Shown: positions 24,475-36,296 of the stretch, one piece after another | Layout of the letters: each line of letters opens with the position of its first letter | How positions within the stretch are numbered: the stretch's first letter is position 1 | Assembly: GCA_002069975.1 (NCBI GenBank) | Contig: MWCJ01000003.1 | Coordinates: forward strand, 17,657 to 81,656 | Origin: Bacteroidetes bacterium ADurb.Bin217 | GTDB lineage: Bacteria > Bacteroidota > Bacteroidia > Bacteroidales > UBA1715 | DNA length: 64,000 nucleotides | Reading direction: 5' to 3' | Made by a program: the position numbers and the translations under genes | The notes under the pieces: generated by a model | What the model was told of the DNA's origin: nothing | The model's database searches: none | The model's input: the letters and a program-made list of their open reading frames with translations, nothing else

Positions 24475-26889
24475 ATGGCAAAACAAAGGAAAATACCAAT
24501 GTTTAACGACAGTTTTGATGTAAGTAAACTAATACATATACTTCGTCAAAATTTCATTTTTTATATCATTTTCGGACTCATTGCCGGTATAAGTGCATTT
24601 ACATATTTACGATATACCCCTCCTATTTTCGATGCATATACCGTAATACAGATAAACGAAGAACAAAACGAAGATTTACTCAAAATAGATAATATTTATG
24701 GTCAAACTTCTATTACTAACCTTATAGAATTAATACGTTCGCGTGAATTTTTAAAACGCACATTACATAAGTTGAATTTATATACCAGTTATTATTTAGA
24801 AGGCAAATTTTTAACATCGGAATTATACAACAAAACACCATTTTTTGTTGAATATCAAGATGTTCAATCTGCTATTTTTAATAAAAATATATATTTAGAT
24901 TACAATAAGAAAACAGACAAGATAACAATAGAATATAGTTTAGATGGTGAAAAATCTATAAAACACGAGATTAAACGAAATGAATGGACTCAAATTCAAG
25001 GATTAAAATTGTATGTAAACATAATAAATGTAGAACAAATACTCGAAAACAAAGGCAATAAATTTTATTTCAGAATATTAGACGACAAAGGAGCTTTTGC
25101 CGAACACATTACAGGTTTAGATGTTTCTATCTTAAATTTCGACGCCAAAACTATACGCATATATTATACAAGCAACAATGCTCAAAAAACTTCAGATTTA
25201 GTAAATACTATAAGCGAAGATTTTTTGACATATAATATTGAGAAAAAGCAAGAACGTGCCGAAAAAGTACTCGCATTTATTGAAGAGCAAATGAGTGTGG
25301 TATACAACAAACTCGATGAATCTGAAAAACAACTTGACCAATTTAAAAAATCAAATAATATAACAGGGAGCATATTCGACGACAAAGCTGCAATACAAAA
25401 TGCATTGATGGACAATTCGCAACAAATAAAACAATACGACACCCAATTGCAATCGCTTCAGAAGGTTAATAAACAAATAGCTGCCGGTAAAGACTTTAAT
25501 GCAGTAGAGCTTATATCTATACTTTCCGGTTCATCGAGCGAAAGTATGGTTTTAAACTTTTTAAACGGTATACAACAATTACAAAAACAAAAAGAACAAT
25601 TACTAATAACCGTTACTCCCGATAATCATAAAGTTAAAGTAATTGACCAACAAATATTAGAACAAAAAAAATTATTACTCGATTTTATTAAAATATCCAA
25701 CGACCGCATAAAAACTGAATTAGATGCAGCCAAAGCAAAAACTAAAGTCGAAAAAGCAATAGAAATAGATGAAATAGAATTAGCAAAACTCAAACGCATT
25801 CATTCTATAAACCAAAACTATTACGACCAACTGGTAACCAAACGTGCCGAGTTTATGATTTCAAAAGCAGGACACGTAACCAACAATTTAATACTACAAA
25901 AATCCGATGTACCTCAATTCCCAATTTCGCCAATTCCCTCATTCATAATATTTATAGCCGTAGTATTATCGTTTATGGCTATGGTAATGCTTACGCTTAT
26001 TCGCTATATGCTATACAATGATATTACTTCGTTAAACGACATTAGTAGATTTACCGATGTACCTGTTGCCGGATTAATACCTGTTTCGAAACAGACCAAT
26101 AAAATCAACCGATTTGTAGTTGAAAACAAAGCAAATTCGGTGATAACCGAAGCATTTAGAACACTTCGTTCCAATTTGGAATTTATGCATCAAGTTAGCA
26201 ACGAGAAAAAAATTATTGCAATTACTTCTACCATTTCGGGCGAAGGAAAAACATTTATTGCCATAAATTTAGGTGGAGTTCTTTCTATGGGTGGCAAACG
26301 AGTAATTTTGATTGACTTAGATTTACGAAAACCCAAAGTACACTTAACATTCAAATCGAACAACGAACATGGATTAAGTACTATACTTATTGGAAAAGAC
26401 CATTATAAAGATTGTATTATTGAAACTGAATTCGAAAATTTTAACATTATAACTTCCGGCCCGCCTCCACCCAATCCGGCTGAATTGGCAAATTCAGAAA
26501 GTTTTGACAGATTATTGGAAACACTCAAAGAGGACTATGATATAATAATAATAGACACTCCTCCTATAGGTATTGTATCCGATGCTATTTTTAGCTTTAA
26601 ACGTGCCGATTTGCCTATCTATGTTACACGTGCCAATTATTCGAAACGAAATTTTATAAATAATATAAATTATATTGCCGAACAAAAAAGTATTAAAAAT
26701 ATATCAATAGTATTAAATGCAGTAGAAATTATGACTAGCAAATACGGCTATGGATATAAAGGATATGGGTATTCGCAATATGGATACGGGTATGGATACG
26801 GATATGGGTTTGGTTATGGGTACTATTCATATGGTCCGGAAAAAGAAAAAAAGAAAAAGAGCATTTTAAAGGTTTTTGAGAAAGAATGA
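24475..26889 (+). CDS. Wzc-like polysaccharide co-polymerase / BY-kinase
   Basis: Wzz/GumC-like N-terminal half with coiled coil. The kinase domain has Walker A TSTISGEGKTFIA, Walker A' VILIDLDLRKP and IIIDTPP. The C-terminus is a Tyr cluster. Confidence 0.85.
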   Translation: MAKQRKIPMFNDSFDVSKLIHILRQNFIFYIIFGLIAGISAFTYLRYTPPIFDAYTVIQINEEQNEDLLKIDNIYGQTSITNLIELIRSREFLKRTLHKLNLYTSYYLEGKFLTSELYNKTPFFVEYQDVQSAIFNKNIYLDYNKKTDKITIEYSLDGEKSIKHEIKRNEWTQIQGLKLYVNIINVEQILENKGNKFYFRILDDKGAFAEHITGLDVSILNFDAKTIRIYYTSNNAQKTSDLVNTISEDFLTYNIEKKQERAEKVLAFIEEQMSVVYNKLDESEKQLDQFKKSNNITGSIFDDKAAIQNALMDNSQQIKQYDTQLQSLQKVNKQIAAGKDFNAVELISILSGSSSESMVLNFLNGIQQLQKQKEQLLITVTPDNHKVKVIDQQILEQKKLLLDFIKISNDRIKTELDAAKAKTKVEKAIEIDEIELAKLKRIHSINQNYYDQLVTKRAEFMISKAGHVTNNLILQKSDVPQFPISPIPSFIIFIAVVLSFMAMVMLTLIRYMLYNDITSLNDISRFTDVPVAGLIPVSKQTNKINRFVVENKANSVITEAFRTLRSNLEFMHQVSNEKKIIAITSTISGEGKTFIAINLGGVLSMGGKRVILIDLDLRKPKVHLTFKSNNEHGLSTILIGKDHYKDCIIETEFENFNIITSGPPPPNPAELANSESFDRLLETLKEDYDIIIIDTPPIGIVSDAIFSFKRADLPIYVTRANYSKRNFINNINYIAEQKSIKNISIVLNAVEIMTSKYGYGYKGYGYSQYGYGYGYGYGFGYGYYSYGPEKEKKKKSILKVFEKE

Positions 26890-27950
26890 GTTATTTTACA
26901 ATTGTAGCATTATTTGTAGCTGTATTAAGCTTAAGTTTGACAGGATATTGGTTGCTTTTACAAAAAAAAATATTCCAATTTTTAAAGAAAAAAAATACAG
27001 GAGCCGAACGATGGGCTTCGCAGTCGAAACCAATTTTTGGTGGTGTAATTTTTTACTTAAGTTTTTTATTTGGAATTGTTATTTCACTGTTTTTAGTCGA
27101 TTTTAGCCTTATATCGTCCAAATATGTTGGGGTTCTTATTGTTTGTGTAAGTATATCATTTTTTATGGGACTTATTGATGATTTGAACAATCAAGGTCCA
27201 TTATATAAATTTCTGATTCAAATAGCTTGTGGTATAATACTTATAGCTGCAGGCATGCACATACAAACATCCGATAATATTTTCATAAATTACGGTATTA
27301 CCATACTTTGGGTAACCGGTATAATGAATTCCATAAATATGTTAGACAATATGGACGGTATTACCGGTTCTGTATCGGCTATAATACTACTTACCATTAT
27401 AGGGATTATAGGATTTTCGCCTACCCCTAACCTATTCGATTTAATTATTCTAATTTGTATTTTTGCCAGTATTTTAGGATATATGTTCTGGAATTGGAAT
27501 CCATCTAAAATGTATATGGGCGACAATGGCAGTCAATTTTTGGGGATTATTTTAGCAATATTCAGTATTCAATATATTTGGAACTCTACCGGAAATGTTG
27601 AAGGTATAAATTATAGAGAATTTTTACTCATCGGTCTTTCTTTTTTACTTCCGTTAACCGATACAATTGTAGTATTTATAAACAGATTAGCAGCAGGCAA
27701 ATCACCGTTTGTAGGCGATAGAAATCACACTACACACAATTTTGTATATTTAGGACTTACCGAACGACAAACTGCAATAGTATTTATAGTAATATCGTTG
27801 CTTACAAATGCAGCAGTATTCTATATTATATCGTTTACAGATGTTGTAATTCATAAAAACTATTATCTTATTTTAGCATCTATTGGTGTTAGTATTTCTA
27901 TTTGTTTATATATATTGTCGAGAATTGTAAAACAAAAAAACAGACAATAA
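26886..27950 (+). CDS. MraY/WecA-family polyprenyl-phosphate sugar-1-phosphate transferase
   Basis: NMLDNMDG motif, MGDNGSQFLG, and about 10 TM helices. Its start overlaps the wzc stop (ATGA). Confidence 0.85.
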   Translation: MSYFTIVALFVAVLSLSLTGYWLLLQKKIFQFLKKKNTGAERWASQSKPIFGGVIFYLSFLFGIVISLFLVDFSLISSKYVGVLIVCVSISFFMGLIDDLNNQGPLYKFLIQIACGIILIAAGMHIQTSDNIFINYGITILWVTGIMNSINMLDNMDGITGSVSAIILLTIIGIIGFSPTPNLFDLIILICIFASILGYMFWNWNPSKMYMGDNGSQFLGIILAIFSIQYIWNSTGNVEGINYREFLLIGLSFLLPLTDTIVVFINRLAAGKSPFVGDRNHTTHNFVYLGLTERQTAIVFIVISLLTNAAVFYIISFTDVVIHKNYYLILASIGVSISICLYILSRIVKQKNRQ

Positions 27951-27953
27951 AAA

Positions 27954-28883
27954 ATGAATACACACTATAAAAAAATCGGATACATTTTACTCGGTATCGG
28001 TATTTCTGCTATTGCTATATTACTTGCATTTTCGGATAATCCGGAACAATCGGTTCAAAAAAATAAATCTGAAACTACGTTTGTAGCAGTTGATTTATAT
28101 ATTCCCGATTCTCTTTCGCTGTTTGGCGAAGCAGTACCATTACAGTACTACGATGTGGTAGAAAGTCTTGAACGAGAACTATTAGTTAATGTATATTTTC
28201 AATCGCAAACTGTTCAATTTTTAAAATATGTCCATCGGTATTTTCCTATAATTGACAGTATTCTGAAAGCTAATAATTTACACACCGACTTTAAATATTT
28301 GGCTTTAGCAGAAAGTGGCTTAAAAGTAAATATTTCGCCCAAAGGAGCAGCAGGCTTTTGGCAATTTTTGGAAACCACTGCAAAAGAATATAATATGACA
28401 GTAACCGAACAAATAGACCAACGCTACGACCTCATAAAATCAACCGAAGCTGCTTGTAAATATTTACAAAGAGGATATTCAAAATTTAATTCGTGGACTA
28501 TGGTTGCCGCATCGTATAATTTAGGTATGGGCGGATTAAAAAAACAAGCTGATTTTCAAAAAATAACATCGTTCTACGATTTATACACAAATTCAGAAAC
28601 TGCCCGATATATATTTCGCATTGCTGCATTAAAATTAATCATTGAAAATCCCGAAAAATATGGATATCATGAAATTAAACCATACCCATCGATTCCATAT
28701 AGTATTGTAACTGTTGATACTACAATTACCAATTTACAAGAATTTGCTGCGGCTCAAGGTTCTAATTACAAACTACTTAAAACCATGAATCCTTGGTTAC
28801 GCGACAAATATTTACCAAATGAGCAACGAATACCTTACCATATCATAATAATAAAAAATTCAGATAGAATACTACAAAAATAA
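27954..28883 (+). CDS. lytic transglycosylase domain protein
   Basis: SLT catalytic region LALAESGL ... GAAGFWQF ... AASYNLG. Confidence 0.7.
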   Translation: MNTHYKKIGYILLGIGISAIAILLAFSDNPEQSVQKNKSETTFVAVDLYIPDSLSLFGEAVPLQYYDVVESLERELLVNVYFQSQTVQFLKYVHRYFPIIDSILKANNLHTDFKYLALAESGLKVNISPKGAAGFWQFLETTAKEYNMTVTEQIDQRYDLIKSTEAACKYLQRGYSKFNSWTMVAASYNLGMGGLKKQADFQKITSFYDLYTNSETARYIFRIAALKLIIENPEKYGYHEIKPYPSIPYSIVTVDTTITNLQEFAAAQGSNYKLLKTMNPWLRDKYLPNEQRIPYHIIIIKNSDRILQK

Positions 28884-28888
28884 AACAT

Positions 28889-31747
28889 ATGTGCTCTCAA
28901 CCTTCATCACAAACATCATTATATCAAGATTCGCTTATTGTTGAAGGAGCTCGGGTGCATAATTTAAAAAACATTTCGGTAGAAATTCCTCGCAATGCAT
29001 TATGTGTAATTACCGGTTTGAGCGGAAGTGGTAAATCATCGCTTGCATTTGATACTATTTACGCCGAAGGACAACGGAGATATATTGAAACTTTTTCTGC
29101 ATATGCACGACAATTTTTAGGAAATTTAGAACGTCCCGATGTTGATAAAATCACCGGATTGAGTCCCGTAATATCTATTGAACAAAAAACTGTAAATAGA
29201 AATCCACGTTCTACTGTAGGAACTATTACCGAAATTTATGATTTTTTCCGTCTTCTATACGCTCGAATAGGCGAAGCTTACTCGTATGAAACGGGTGAAA
29301 AAATGGTAAAATATACAACAAGTAAAATAATTGAATTAATAGAACACGATTTTGCTAATAAGAAAATACTCTTGTTGGCACCCGTAATTAAAGGGCGTAA
29401 AGGTCATTATCAAGAATTATTTGAACAATATCGTCGCAAAGGATACTTATATGCTCGTATTAATGGCGTGGTTAAAGAATTAACCTTCGGCATGAAGCTA
29501 GACAGATATAAAACACATACAATAGAAATTGTAATTGATAAACTCAAAATATCCGAAAACGATACAGATAGAATAAAACAATCTATTGAAACAGCCATGA
29601 AAATTGGGAAACATGTAATAATGATTCTCGATACCGATACAAACGTTGGTAAATATTACAGTAAAAAATTAATGTGTCCAACAACAGGTCTTTCGTACAA
29701 CGAACCCGCTCCTCACACATTTTCGTTTAATTCGCCTCATGGAGCTTGTCCTACCTGCAATGGTTTAGGCGAAATAGACGAAATAGATATAGATAAAATA
29801 ATACCACATCCAGAATTAAGCATTCATAACGGAGCAATAAAACCATTAGGAACGTACAAACGCAATCTTATTTTTTGCAAACTTGAAGCTATTTTACACA
29901 AATACGGCTATAGTTTACAAACAGCATTTAAAGAATTACCAAATGATGTACGAAATATCTTATTATATGGTTCTAACGAAATGTTTTCGTTTAAAACTGC
30001 CCCATTAGGAGTTACAACAAATTATTTTCTGAATTTCGAAGGATTACTTGCCTTGATAGAAAAACAAACAGAATTTACCGAAGGGAAAACAGACGACGGA
30101 AACGAAACTACACTATTTAGAAAAACTACCTGCCCCGATTGTAAAGGGTTGCGACTCAAAAAAGAATCGTTACATTTTAAAATTCAAGAAAAAAATATTG
30201 CCGAAATTTCTTTATTTTCGTTACAAGACCTGCATAATTGGATAGAAATTGTTCCACAACATTTATCGAAACAACAATCGCACATTGCCCACGAAGTATT
30301 AAAAGAAATACGTACCAGATTAGGTTTTTTGTTAGATGTAGGTCTCCATTATCTTTCTCTTAATCGCAGCTCGCGAACTCTTTCGGGAGGCGAAAGCCAA
30401 CGAATTAGACTTGCGACACAAATTGGGTCAAAATTGGTAAATGTTTTATATATACTCGACGAACCCAGTATTGGACTTCATCAACGCGACAATTTACAAC
30501 TAATTCAAGCACTTAAAGACTTACGCGATACCGGCAATTCAATAATCGTAGTAGAGCACGACAAAGACATGATACTTGCCGCCGATTATGTGCTTGATAT
30601 TGGACCCGGTGCCGGCAGAAACGGTGGTGTAGTTGTAGCAAGCGGCACACCCGATGAATTTATGCAACAACAAAGTATTACAGCCCAATATATAGCAGGA
30701 ACAAAACAAATTTCGATTCCAACAAAACGCCGTAAAGGAAACGGAAAAACATTACAATTACTCGGAGCCTCGGGCAATAATTTACAACAGGTAGACATAA
30801 CTATTCCATTGGGCACATTTACCTGTATTACCGGTGTATCGGGAAGTGGTAAATCGAGCCTTATAAACCATACTTTACACCCAATATTACAAAAGCATTT
30901 TTACAATTCAAAACAAGAACCTCTGCCCTATACATCTATTATAGGATTGGAACATGTAAACAAAGTTATAGAAGTTAACCAATCACCACTTGGTAGAACT
31001 CCACGATCAAATCCTGTAACGTATACCAATATATTTAGCGATATACGAAAATTATTTGAACAACTACCCGATTCAAAAATACGTGGATATAAAGCAGGCC
31101 GTTTTTCGTTCAACGTAAAAGGTGGCCGATGCGAAACATGTAAAGGAGCAGGTGTAAAAACCATAGAAATGAACTTTTTGCCCGATGTATATATAGAATG
31201 TGACGATTGCGGTGGAAAACGATATAATAGAGAAACATTAGAGGTTCGATTCAAAGGTAAATCAATAAGTGATGTATTGAATTTAACCATAAATATGGCT
31301 GTAGATTTTTTTGAACATGTACCTCAAATTTATTCAAAACTCAAAACATTACAAGATGTAGGGTTAGGCTATTTAACACTAGGTCAAGCATCTACAACAT
31401 TATCGGGAGGCGAAGCTCAACGGGTGAAATTAGCAGCGGAATTAGCTAAAAAAGATACCGGAAACACAGTATATATTTTAGATGAACCTACAACAGGACT
31501 TCACTTTCAAGATATTGACATACTTTTAGGAGTATTGCAAAAATTGGTACAAAGAGGTAATACCGTTTTGGTAATTGAACACAATTTAGATGTAATAAAA
31601 GTTGCCGATTACATTATTGATGTAGGTCCCGAAGGTGGCAAAAACGGTGGCACCATAGTAGCCCAAGGTACACCCGAACATATTGCAACTATTGAAACAA
31701 GTTATACCGGAATGTTTTTAAAAAAAGAAATACATAGTTCGAAATAG
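28889..31747 (+). CDS. uvrA: excinuclease ABC subunit A
   Basis: Two ABC modules ([24 protein letters not shown]; [16 protein letters not shown]) and zinc fingers CPTCNG / CETCKG...CDDCGG. Confidence 0.97.
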   Translation: MCSQPSSQTSLYQDSLIVEGARVHNLKNISVEIPRNALCVITGLSGSGKSSLAFDTIYAEGQRRYIETFSAYARQFLGNLERPDVDKITGLSPVISIEQKTVNRNPRSTVGTITEIYDFFRLLYARIGEAYSYETGEKMVKYTTSKIIELIEHDFANKKILLLAPVIKGRKGHYQELFEQYRRKGYLYARINGVVKELTFGMKLDRYKTHTIEIVIDKLKISENDTDRIKQSIETAMKIGKHVIMILDTDTNVGKYYSKKLMCPTTGLSYNEPAPHTFSFNSPHGACPTCNGLGEIDEIDIDKIIPHPELSIHNGAIKPLGTYKRNLIFCKLEAILHKYGYSLQTAFKELPNDVRNILLYGSNEMFSFKTAPLGVTTNYFLNFEGLLALIEKQTEFTEGKTDDGNETTLFRKTTCPDCKGLRLKKESLHFKIQEKNIAEISLFSLQDLHNWIEIVPQHLSKQQSHIAHEVLKEIRTRLGFLLDVGLHYLSLNRSSRTLSGGESQRIRLATQIGSKLVNVLYILDEPSIGLHQRDNLQLIQALKDLRDTGNSIIVVEHDKDMILAADYVLDIGPGAGRNGGVVVASGTPDEFMQQQSITAQYIAGTKQISIPTKRRKGNGKTLQLLGASGNNLQQVDITIPLGTFTCITGVSGSGKSSLINHTLHPILQKHFYNSKQEPLPYTSIIGLEHVNKVIEVNQSPLGRTPRSNPVTYTNIFSDIRKLFEQLPDSKIRGYKAGRFSFNVKGGRCETCKGAGVKTIEMNFLPDVYIECDDCGGKRYNRETLEVRFKGKSISDVLNLTINMAVDFFEHVPQIYSKLKTLQDVGLGYLTLGQASTTLSGGEAQRVKLAAELAKKDTGNTVYILDEPTTGLHFQDIDILLGVLQKLVQRGNTVLVIEHNLDVIKVADYIIDVGPEGGKNGGTIVAQGTPEHIATIETSYTGMFLKKEIHSSK

Positions 31748-31835
31748 CATTAATTTGAATTTTCTTTTTTTACCATTGTGTGTAAAATCTCACAAACTTT
31801 ATAGAACGAACGTTACTCACATTGAACATTTTTTT

Positions 31836-31843
31836 TATATTTG
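31836..31843 (+). promoter_or_regulatory. Bacteroidota -7 promoter box
   Basis: TATATTTG lies 28 nt upstream of ATG 31871. Confidence 0.35.
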
Positions 31844-31870
31844 CAATATATACAATAACATAAAACATAC

Positions 31871-32365
31871 ATGGTAATTCAAAATAATTCATTTACAGGT
31901 AAATCAAAAATTAAACGAATGATATCGTTTGTGTTTGTTATTATTTGTAGTTCAATATTTTTATTTTGGGATGTTGCATTATACGAATTTGGAGTTACCT
32001 ATTCATTATCGTGGATTCAGACATTACTATTTACAACTTTAGTATTTGGTGTTTATGGTATTATTGTATGGCTTCGATTTCGAAAAAAATACTATTTTGT
32101 ATATGTAACCGACGATGACAATGAAAATCTTGTATTCCGATTTTATCATATCCGCACATTTGGCAAAAAATTCAATACGTACAAGATTCCTTTTATAAAA
32201 TTTCATTCATTCGAAATAAATCAAACAAATGGTAATACAGATTTGTATTTATTCCAAAAAGTAAATAATTCTGTGGCAAAATATCCCCCTATTAGTCTCA
32301 ATGCTTATTCGCAAGAAGAATTACATGATTTACGAGAATTATTAACTAATTACTTACCTAAATAA
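31871..32365 (+). CDS. hypothetical membrane protein (two TM helices + small soluble domain)
   Basis: Two hydrophobic helices followed by a ~90 aa beta-rich domain. No catalytic motif is recognised. Confidence 0.5.
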   Translation: MVIQNNSFTGKSKIKRMISFVFVIICSSIFLFWDVALYEFGVTYSLSWIQTLLFTTLVFGVYGIIVWLRFRKKYYFVYVTDDDNENLVFRFYHIRTFGKKFNTYKIPFIKFHSFEINQTNGNTDLYLFQKVNNSVAKYPPISLNAYSQEELHDLRELLTNYLPK

Positions 32366-32374
32366 TAATTAAAC

Positions 32375-32875
32375 ATGAAAAAAACAGTATTTTTTATAGC
32401 AATGTTACTTACAATAGCTACAGCGGCTTCGGCACAACGAGCTAATCAAAAGTGGTATAGACATGCAATAGGTGTGAGAGGCGAAAATTCGGTTTATAAC
32501 ATTTTTCCGCTTGTAGGTGTTACCTACGATAGATTTTTATCGAATCAAACAGCTGCTGAACTAATATTAGTTACAGATTTAGTTAGCGGAACAGAAATAT
32601 CCGGATTCTACAAATATGTAAAATCTATTCCCGATGTTCCTGCATCTGTACGATGGTATGCCGGTATTGGTGCTCATTTTGGGCAATGGCATGCAAAAGA
32701 TATAGATATAGTTGCGGGTATCGACGGTATTTTAGGTATTGGATATACGTTCGACCAAATTCCAATTAATGCAACATTAGATTGGCATCCAATAATTAAT
32801 GCAGTAACCAGCAATACCCAATATATTTTCGTTTCTACCAAATTTGGTTTATCGGCTCGCTATATTATTGAATAA
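32375..32875 (+). CDS. hypothetical outer-membrane beta-barrel-like protein
   Basis: Signal peptide ending ASAQ and an alternating aromatic/Gly pattern. Confidence 0.5.
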   Translation: MKKTVFFIAMLLTIATAASAQRANQKWYRHAIGVRGENSVYNIFPLVGVTYDRFLSNQTAAELILVTDLVSGTEISGFYKYVKSIPDVPASVRWYAGIGAHFGQWHAKDIDIVAGIDGILGIGYTFDQIPINATLDWHPIINAVTSNTQYIFVSTKFGLSARYIIE

Positions 32876-32893
32876 TTAGAAAATTCTACTTGT

Positions 32894-33877
32894 ATGAAGA
32901 AATTATTGTATTATGTATTCGCTCTTGTAGTAATAACATCAGCTTGTACCCCCAAAGATACCGACACAAAAGATTCTGATTGCGGCAAACAAAATCATCT
33001 CATTCCTTCAACAGTTTCGTTGGTATACGAACAAACTATGGTGGTGCCCCAAGAATATGCGTTTTTCTTCAAAACAATTGATTTTCAAAAACTAACCTCT
33101 GATATAATCGAAAAATCTAAAAAAGGATCCATTGTTCCATTATTTCCTTTTTCTGATATACCTTTAACGAAACAAGATATTGAAGAAAAACTTTCAACAG
33201 TTTCTATCCAAGAATGTAAATATGCTTTATTTGATGAAGAATGGTTTATGGATACCGCTACATTTGTAATGCAAAAAAATGTTCGTTCCTATACTATTGT
33301 GAGAGAATATATGCGTAAAACCCCATTGGGTACCGAGGAATTATCAAAATCTCTTATAGCTAAAATCCCCTGTACCGATAGTGTTTCAAAGAAATTTTCA
33401 GAACTAACTTTACTAGCAAAAAATGTTGCATACGAAATTCCATTAGTTAACGAATTTAATCCGGAATATTTGGAAAACATTCATGTAAAACATGTTATGA
33501 ATATTCTTATAGCAAAGGCTTTGTCGGGAACTACCAACGCTTATAGTTTTATGCTACGCGACACATTGCAATCACTTTCGGCTGAAGATATTAAACTTAG
33601 ATTAGGAGAACAAACCGAGAGCTATGTAAATATTGACGAAACTACAGGTGATGAAGATACCGTAGAAATTGAGAAAAAAATCGATCCAAGTGAATATACA
33701 GGATTAGCATTCATCGAAGATTGGTATGTAAATCCTAAAACTATGCATATTTACAAAGATGTAAAAGGTGTAGCGTTGGTTCGAGAATACATGAAACAAC
33801 TCGATGGAAACGAACCGGAAAAGGTAAAAACTATTCCTTTGCTTATGTTTTTCTCTAATCATAAAGACGGCAAATAA
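32894..33877 (+). CDS. hypothetical lipoprotein
   Basis: Lipobox VVITSAC. Confidence 0.5.
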   Translation: MKKLLYYVFALVVITSACTPKDTDTKDSDCGKQNHLIPSTVSLVYEQTMVVPQEYAFFFKTIDFQKLTSDIIEKSKKGSIVPLFPFSDIPLTKQDIEEKLSTVSIQECKYALFDEEWFMDTATFVMQKNVRSYTIVREYMRKTPLGTEELSKSLIAKIPCTDSVSKKFSELTLLAKNVAYEIPLVNEFNPEYLENIHVKHVMNILIAKALSGTTNAYSFMLRDTLQSLSAEDIKLRLGEQTESYVNIDETTGDEDTVEIEKKIDPSEYTGLAFIEDWYVNPKTMHIYKDVKGVALVREYMKQLDGNEPEKVKTIPLLMFFSNHKDGK

Positions 33878-33884
33878 GTCGTAT

Positions 33885-34994
33885 ATGTATTCAGAACAAA
33901 CGTTGTATTATATTGCTACCAGCATGTTGCCGGGTATAGGTCCTATACTGGCACGGCAACTTATAGCGTATGTAGGAAGTGCAGAACAAATATTTAAAGA
34001 ATCTCCAAAAAATCTTGCTAAAATCCCCAAAATTGGCGAAACACTAGCTCGTGATATTAAAAAAAATAATGTAATGCAACAAGCTGAACAAGAATTTGCA
34101 TTTGTTCAAAAAAACAACATAAAAATTGCATTACACACGCATGATGACTACCCACGGAGATTAAAGCATTGCGACGATGCTCCGCTTTTGTTTTATTACA
34201 AAGGCAACAACAACTTTAATCATCAAAAAATTATAAGTATTGTAGGAACTCGAAGTGCAACAGAATACGGTAAACGATGTTGCAAACAATTGCTTTCGGA
34301 TATTAGCAAACATAATCCTCTTATAATAAGCGGACTTGCATTAGGTATAGATATTTGTGCTCATAAAGAAGCATTAAAAAACGGATTAGAAACTATTGCT
34401 ATTTTAGGTACGCCACTTACTACCGTAACACCAACATCGCACATAAAATACGCACGAGAAATTATTGACCACAATGGTACTGTCATTTCCGAATGCCATA
34501 GTCAGACTGTATACGACAACGCACTATATGTAAAACGAAATAGAATAATAGCCGGCATGAGCGATATTACTATAGTTGTAGAAAGCAAAACACGTGGCGG
34601 AGCTCTTATTACCGCTGAATATGCAAATCAATACAATAGAGATGTTGCCGCATTTCCGGGTAATATAAACAATACATATTCACAAGGTTGTAATATGTTG
34701 ATTAAACAAAACAAAGCTCATTTAATTGAATCGGCACAGGATATCGAAAAAATTTTGAACTGGGATTTAGATATACAACAAACAAAATCTACAATTCAAA
34801 AACAATTATTTGTTGAATTAAATAGTGAAGAACAATTAATTTACTCTATATTGCAAGAATACAAGGAGTTAAGCATAGATCAAATTGCAACACAAAGCAA
34901 TATTCCCATGAGCAAAACATCATCGGTACTGTTGCAATTAGAATTTAAAGGTTTGATACAAACGTTTCCGGGTAAACGATTTAGTATTGCTTAG
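33885..34994 (+). CDS. dprA: DNA-processing protein DprA
   Basis: Rossmann-like core IVGTRSATEYG ... SGLALGID ... GGALITAEYA and a C-terminal wHTH. Confidence 0.9.
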   Translation: MYSEQTLYYIATSMLPGIGPILARQLIAYVGSAEQIFKESPKNLAKIPKIGETLARDIKKNNVMQQAEQEFAFVQKNNIKIALHTHDDYPRRLKHCDDAPLLFYYKGNNNFNHQKIISIVGTRSATEYGKRCCKQLLSDISKHNPLIISGLALGIDICAHKEALKNGLETIAILGTPLTTVTPTSHIKYAREIIDHNGTVISECHSQTVYDNALYVKRNRIIAGMSDITIVVESKTRGGALITAEYANQYNRDVAAFPGNINNTYSQGCNMLIKQNKAHLIESAQDIEKILNWDLDIQQTKSTIQKQLFVELNSEEQLIYSILQEYKELSIDQIATQSNIPMSKTSSVLLQLEFKGLIQTFPGKRFSIA

Positions 34995-35523
34995 CAATTC
35001 GTTTATGTACTACTAATGTATAATTAAGAATAGCAAGTTTTGGAATACACACCTGATCGCCTATAAGACCATGAGCTAAATGAGGAGGAATAAGTAAGCG
35101 TGCACTATCGCCAGCACACATTAAACGCAATGCCTCTTCAACCCCCGACTCTACGCCACCCTGCCCTACTTTAATACGTTTTACACCCGATGAATCAGAC
35201 GAATAACATACAGTACCGTTTAATAGTGAAACGGTATACCCGTACTCTACAATATCATCTTTTCGAATTGTATCGGCAGCACCACTTCTTCGAATAGAAT
35301 ACCATAGCCCGGTGCCTGTTTTTTGCATATTCCAATTATTTTTTTTCGCAAAAAGAGCTATTGTGTCTTGCAAAGCTTTTACTACTTGCCTATTAACTTC
35401 AATAGATTTTTGCTGTATACGAGCAATTTCTTCGGGACTCATCTCTTTTTTTTTGTTCGACGAACAAGCTGATATACTGAATATAAGAATTAGAATAGAA
35501 TATAATAGAATTATATGTTTCAT
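34981..35523 (-). CDS. FKBP-type peptidyl-prolyl cis-trans isomerase (lipoprotein)
   Basis: Lipobox FSISAC and FKBP core GVEEALRLMCAGDSARLLIPPHLAHG. Confidence 0.8.
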   Translation of the reverse strand: MKHIILLYSILILIFSISACSSNKKKEMSPEEIARIQQKSIEVNRQVVKALQDTIALFAKKNNWNMQKTGTGLWYSIRRSGAADTIRKDDIVEYGYTVSLLNGTVCYSSDSSGVKRIKVGQGGVESGVEEALRLMCAGDSARLLIPPHLAHGLIGDQVCIPKLAILNYTLVVHKRIAKQY

Positions 35524-35525
35524 GG

Positions 35526-36197
35526 TTAGTTAGTAACTGTTATTTTAATTTGCTTACTTGTTGATTTCGTTGCCTTATCGCGAAGCAAACAATTAAGAAT
35601 ATACGTTCCTTGTTCAGAAAAAGCACAAGAATACGGAACTATAGTAACACTATCGGTAAATGTTTGCAACTGAGAATTTGGAAAGCGAAATACAACCTTT
35701 GAATTATGCGAAACAATTAACGAATCGAGCGGCCGATTTGCCTGTTTACATGCAAATAAAAAATTGATTGTTTGATTTGTCGATATTGTAGTATCGCTAT
35801 ACACACCACTTTCATCAAATAGAATACTTGGAGACGCAAGTTGACGTACAAAAAATTGTTTCGATACAGAAGAATATAGTTCTTCGGTATTGTATGCTAT
35901 AATCTGAATAGTTTGTAAATCTTTATATCCAAACAAAGTTGTTGAATACATATATTCAAATTCACGAACTTGAGGAAGTATGGTATCAAAAACAATAGAA
36001 TTATTATGTTTTATTTGGAAGCTATGCAAAGGCTCATCAATAGATGTAACGTTACATAGTAATGTAACAATACTGTCTTCATATACTGAATCTATAATTG
36101 AAGCTGAAGTTAGATTAATAATTGGAGAATCGCTAATGTTAGAATTACATGCGAACAGTGAACATAGAATCAAAACCAAAAATAAAAACTTCTTCAT
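35526..36197 (-). CDS. hypothetical lipoprotein
   Basis: Lipobox SLFAC and two similar beta-rich halves. Confidence 0.45.
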   Translation of the reverse strand: MKKFLFLVLILCSLFACNSNISDSPIINLTSASIIDSVYEDSIVTLLCNVTSIDEPLHSFQIKHNNSIVFDTILPQVREFEYMYSTTLFGYKDLQTIQIIAYNTEELYSSVSKQFFVRQLASPSILFDESGVYSDTTISTNQTINFLFACKQANRPLDSLIVSHNSKVVFRFPNSQLQTFTDSVTIVPYSCAFSEQGTYILNCLLRDKATKSTSKQIKITVTN

Positions 36198-36238
36198 ACT
36201 TCATGTATAATTTAGAACCTCAACGATAGAGCAAATAT

Positions 36239-36271
36239 AAAAAAAAAAGAGGTTGCAAAACTACAACCTCT
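36239..36271 (-). terminator. rho-independent terminator
   Basis: Stem AGAGGTTG/CAACCTCT (36248-36255 / 36264-36271) followed by a T-run on the minus strand (A-run 36239-36248). Confidence 0.7.
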
Positions 36272-36296
36272 TTCAATATTACTTTGAATATATTAC

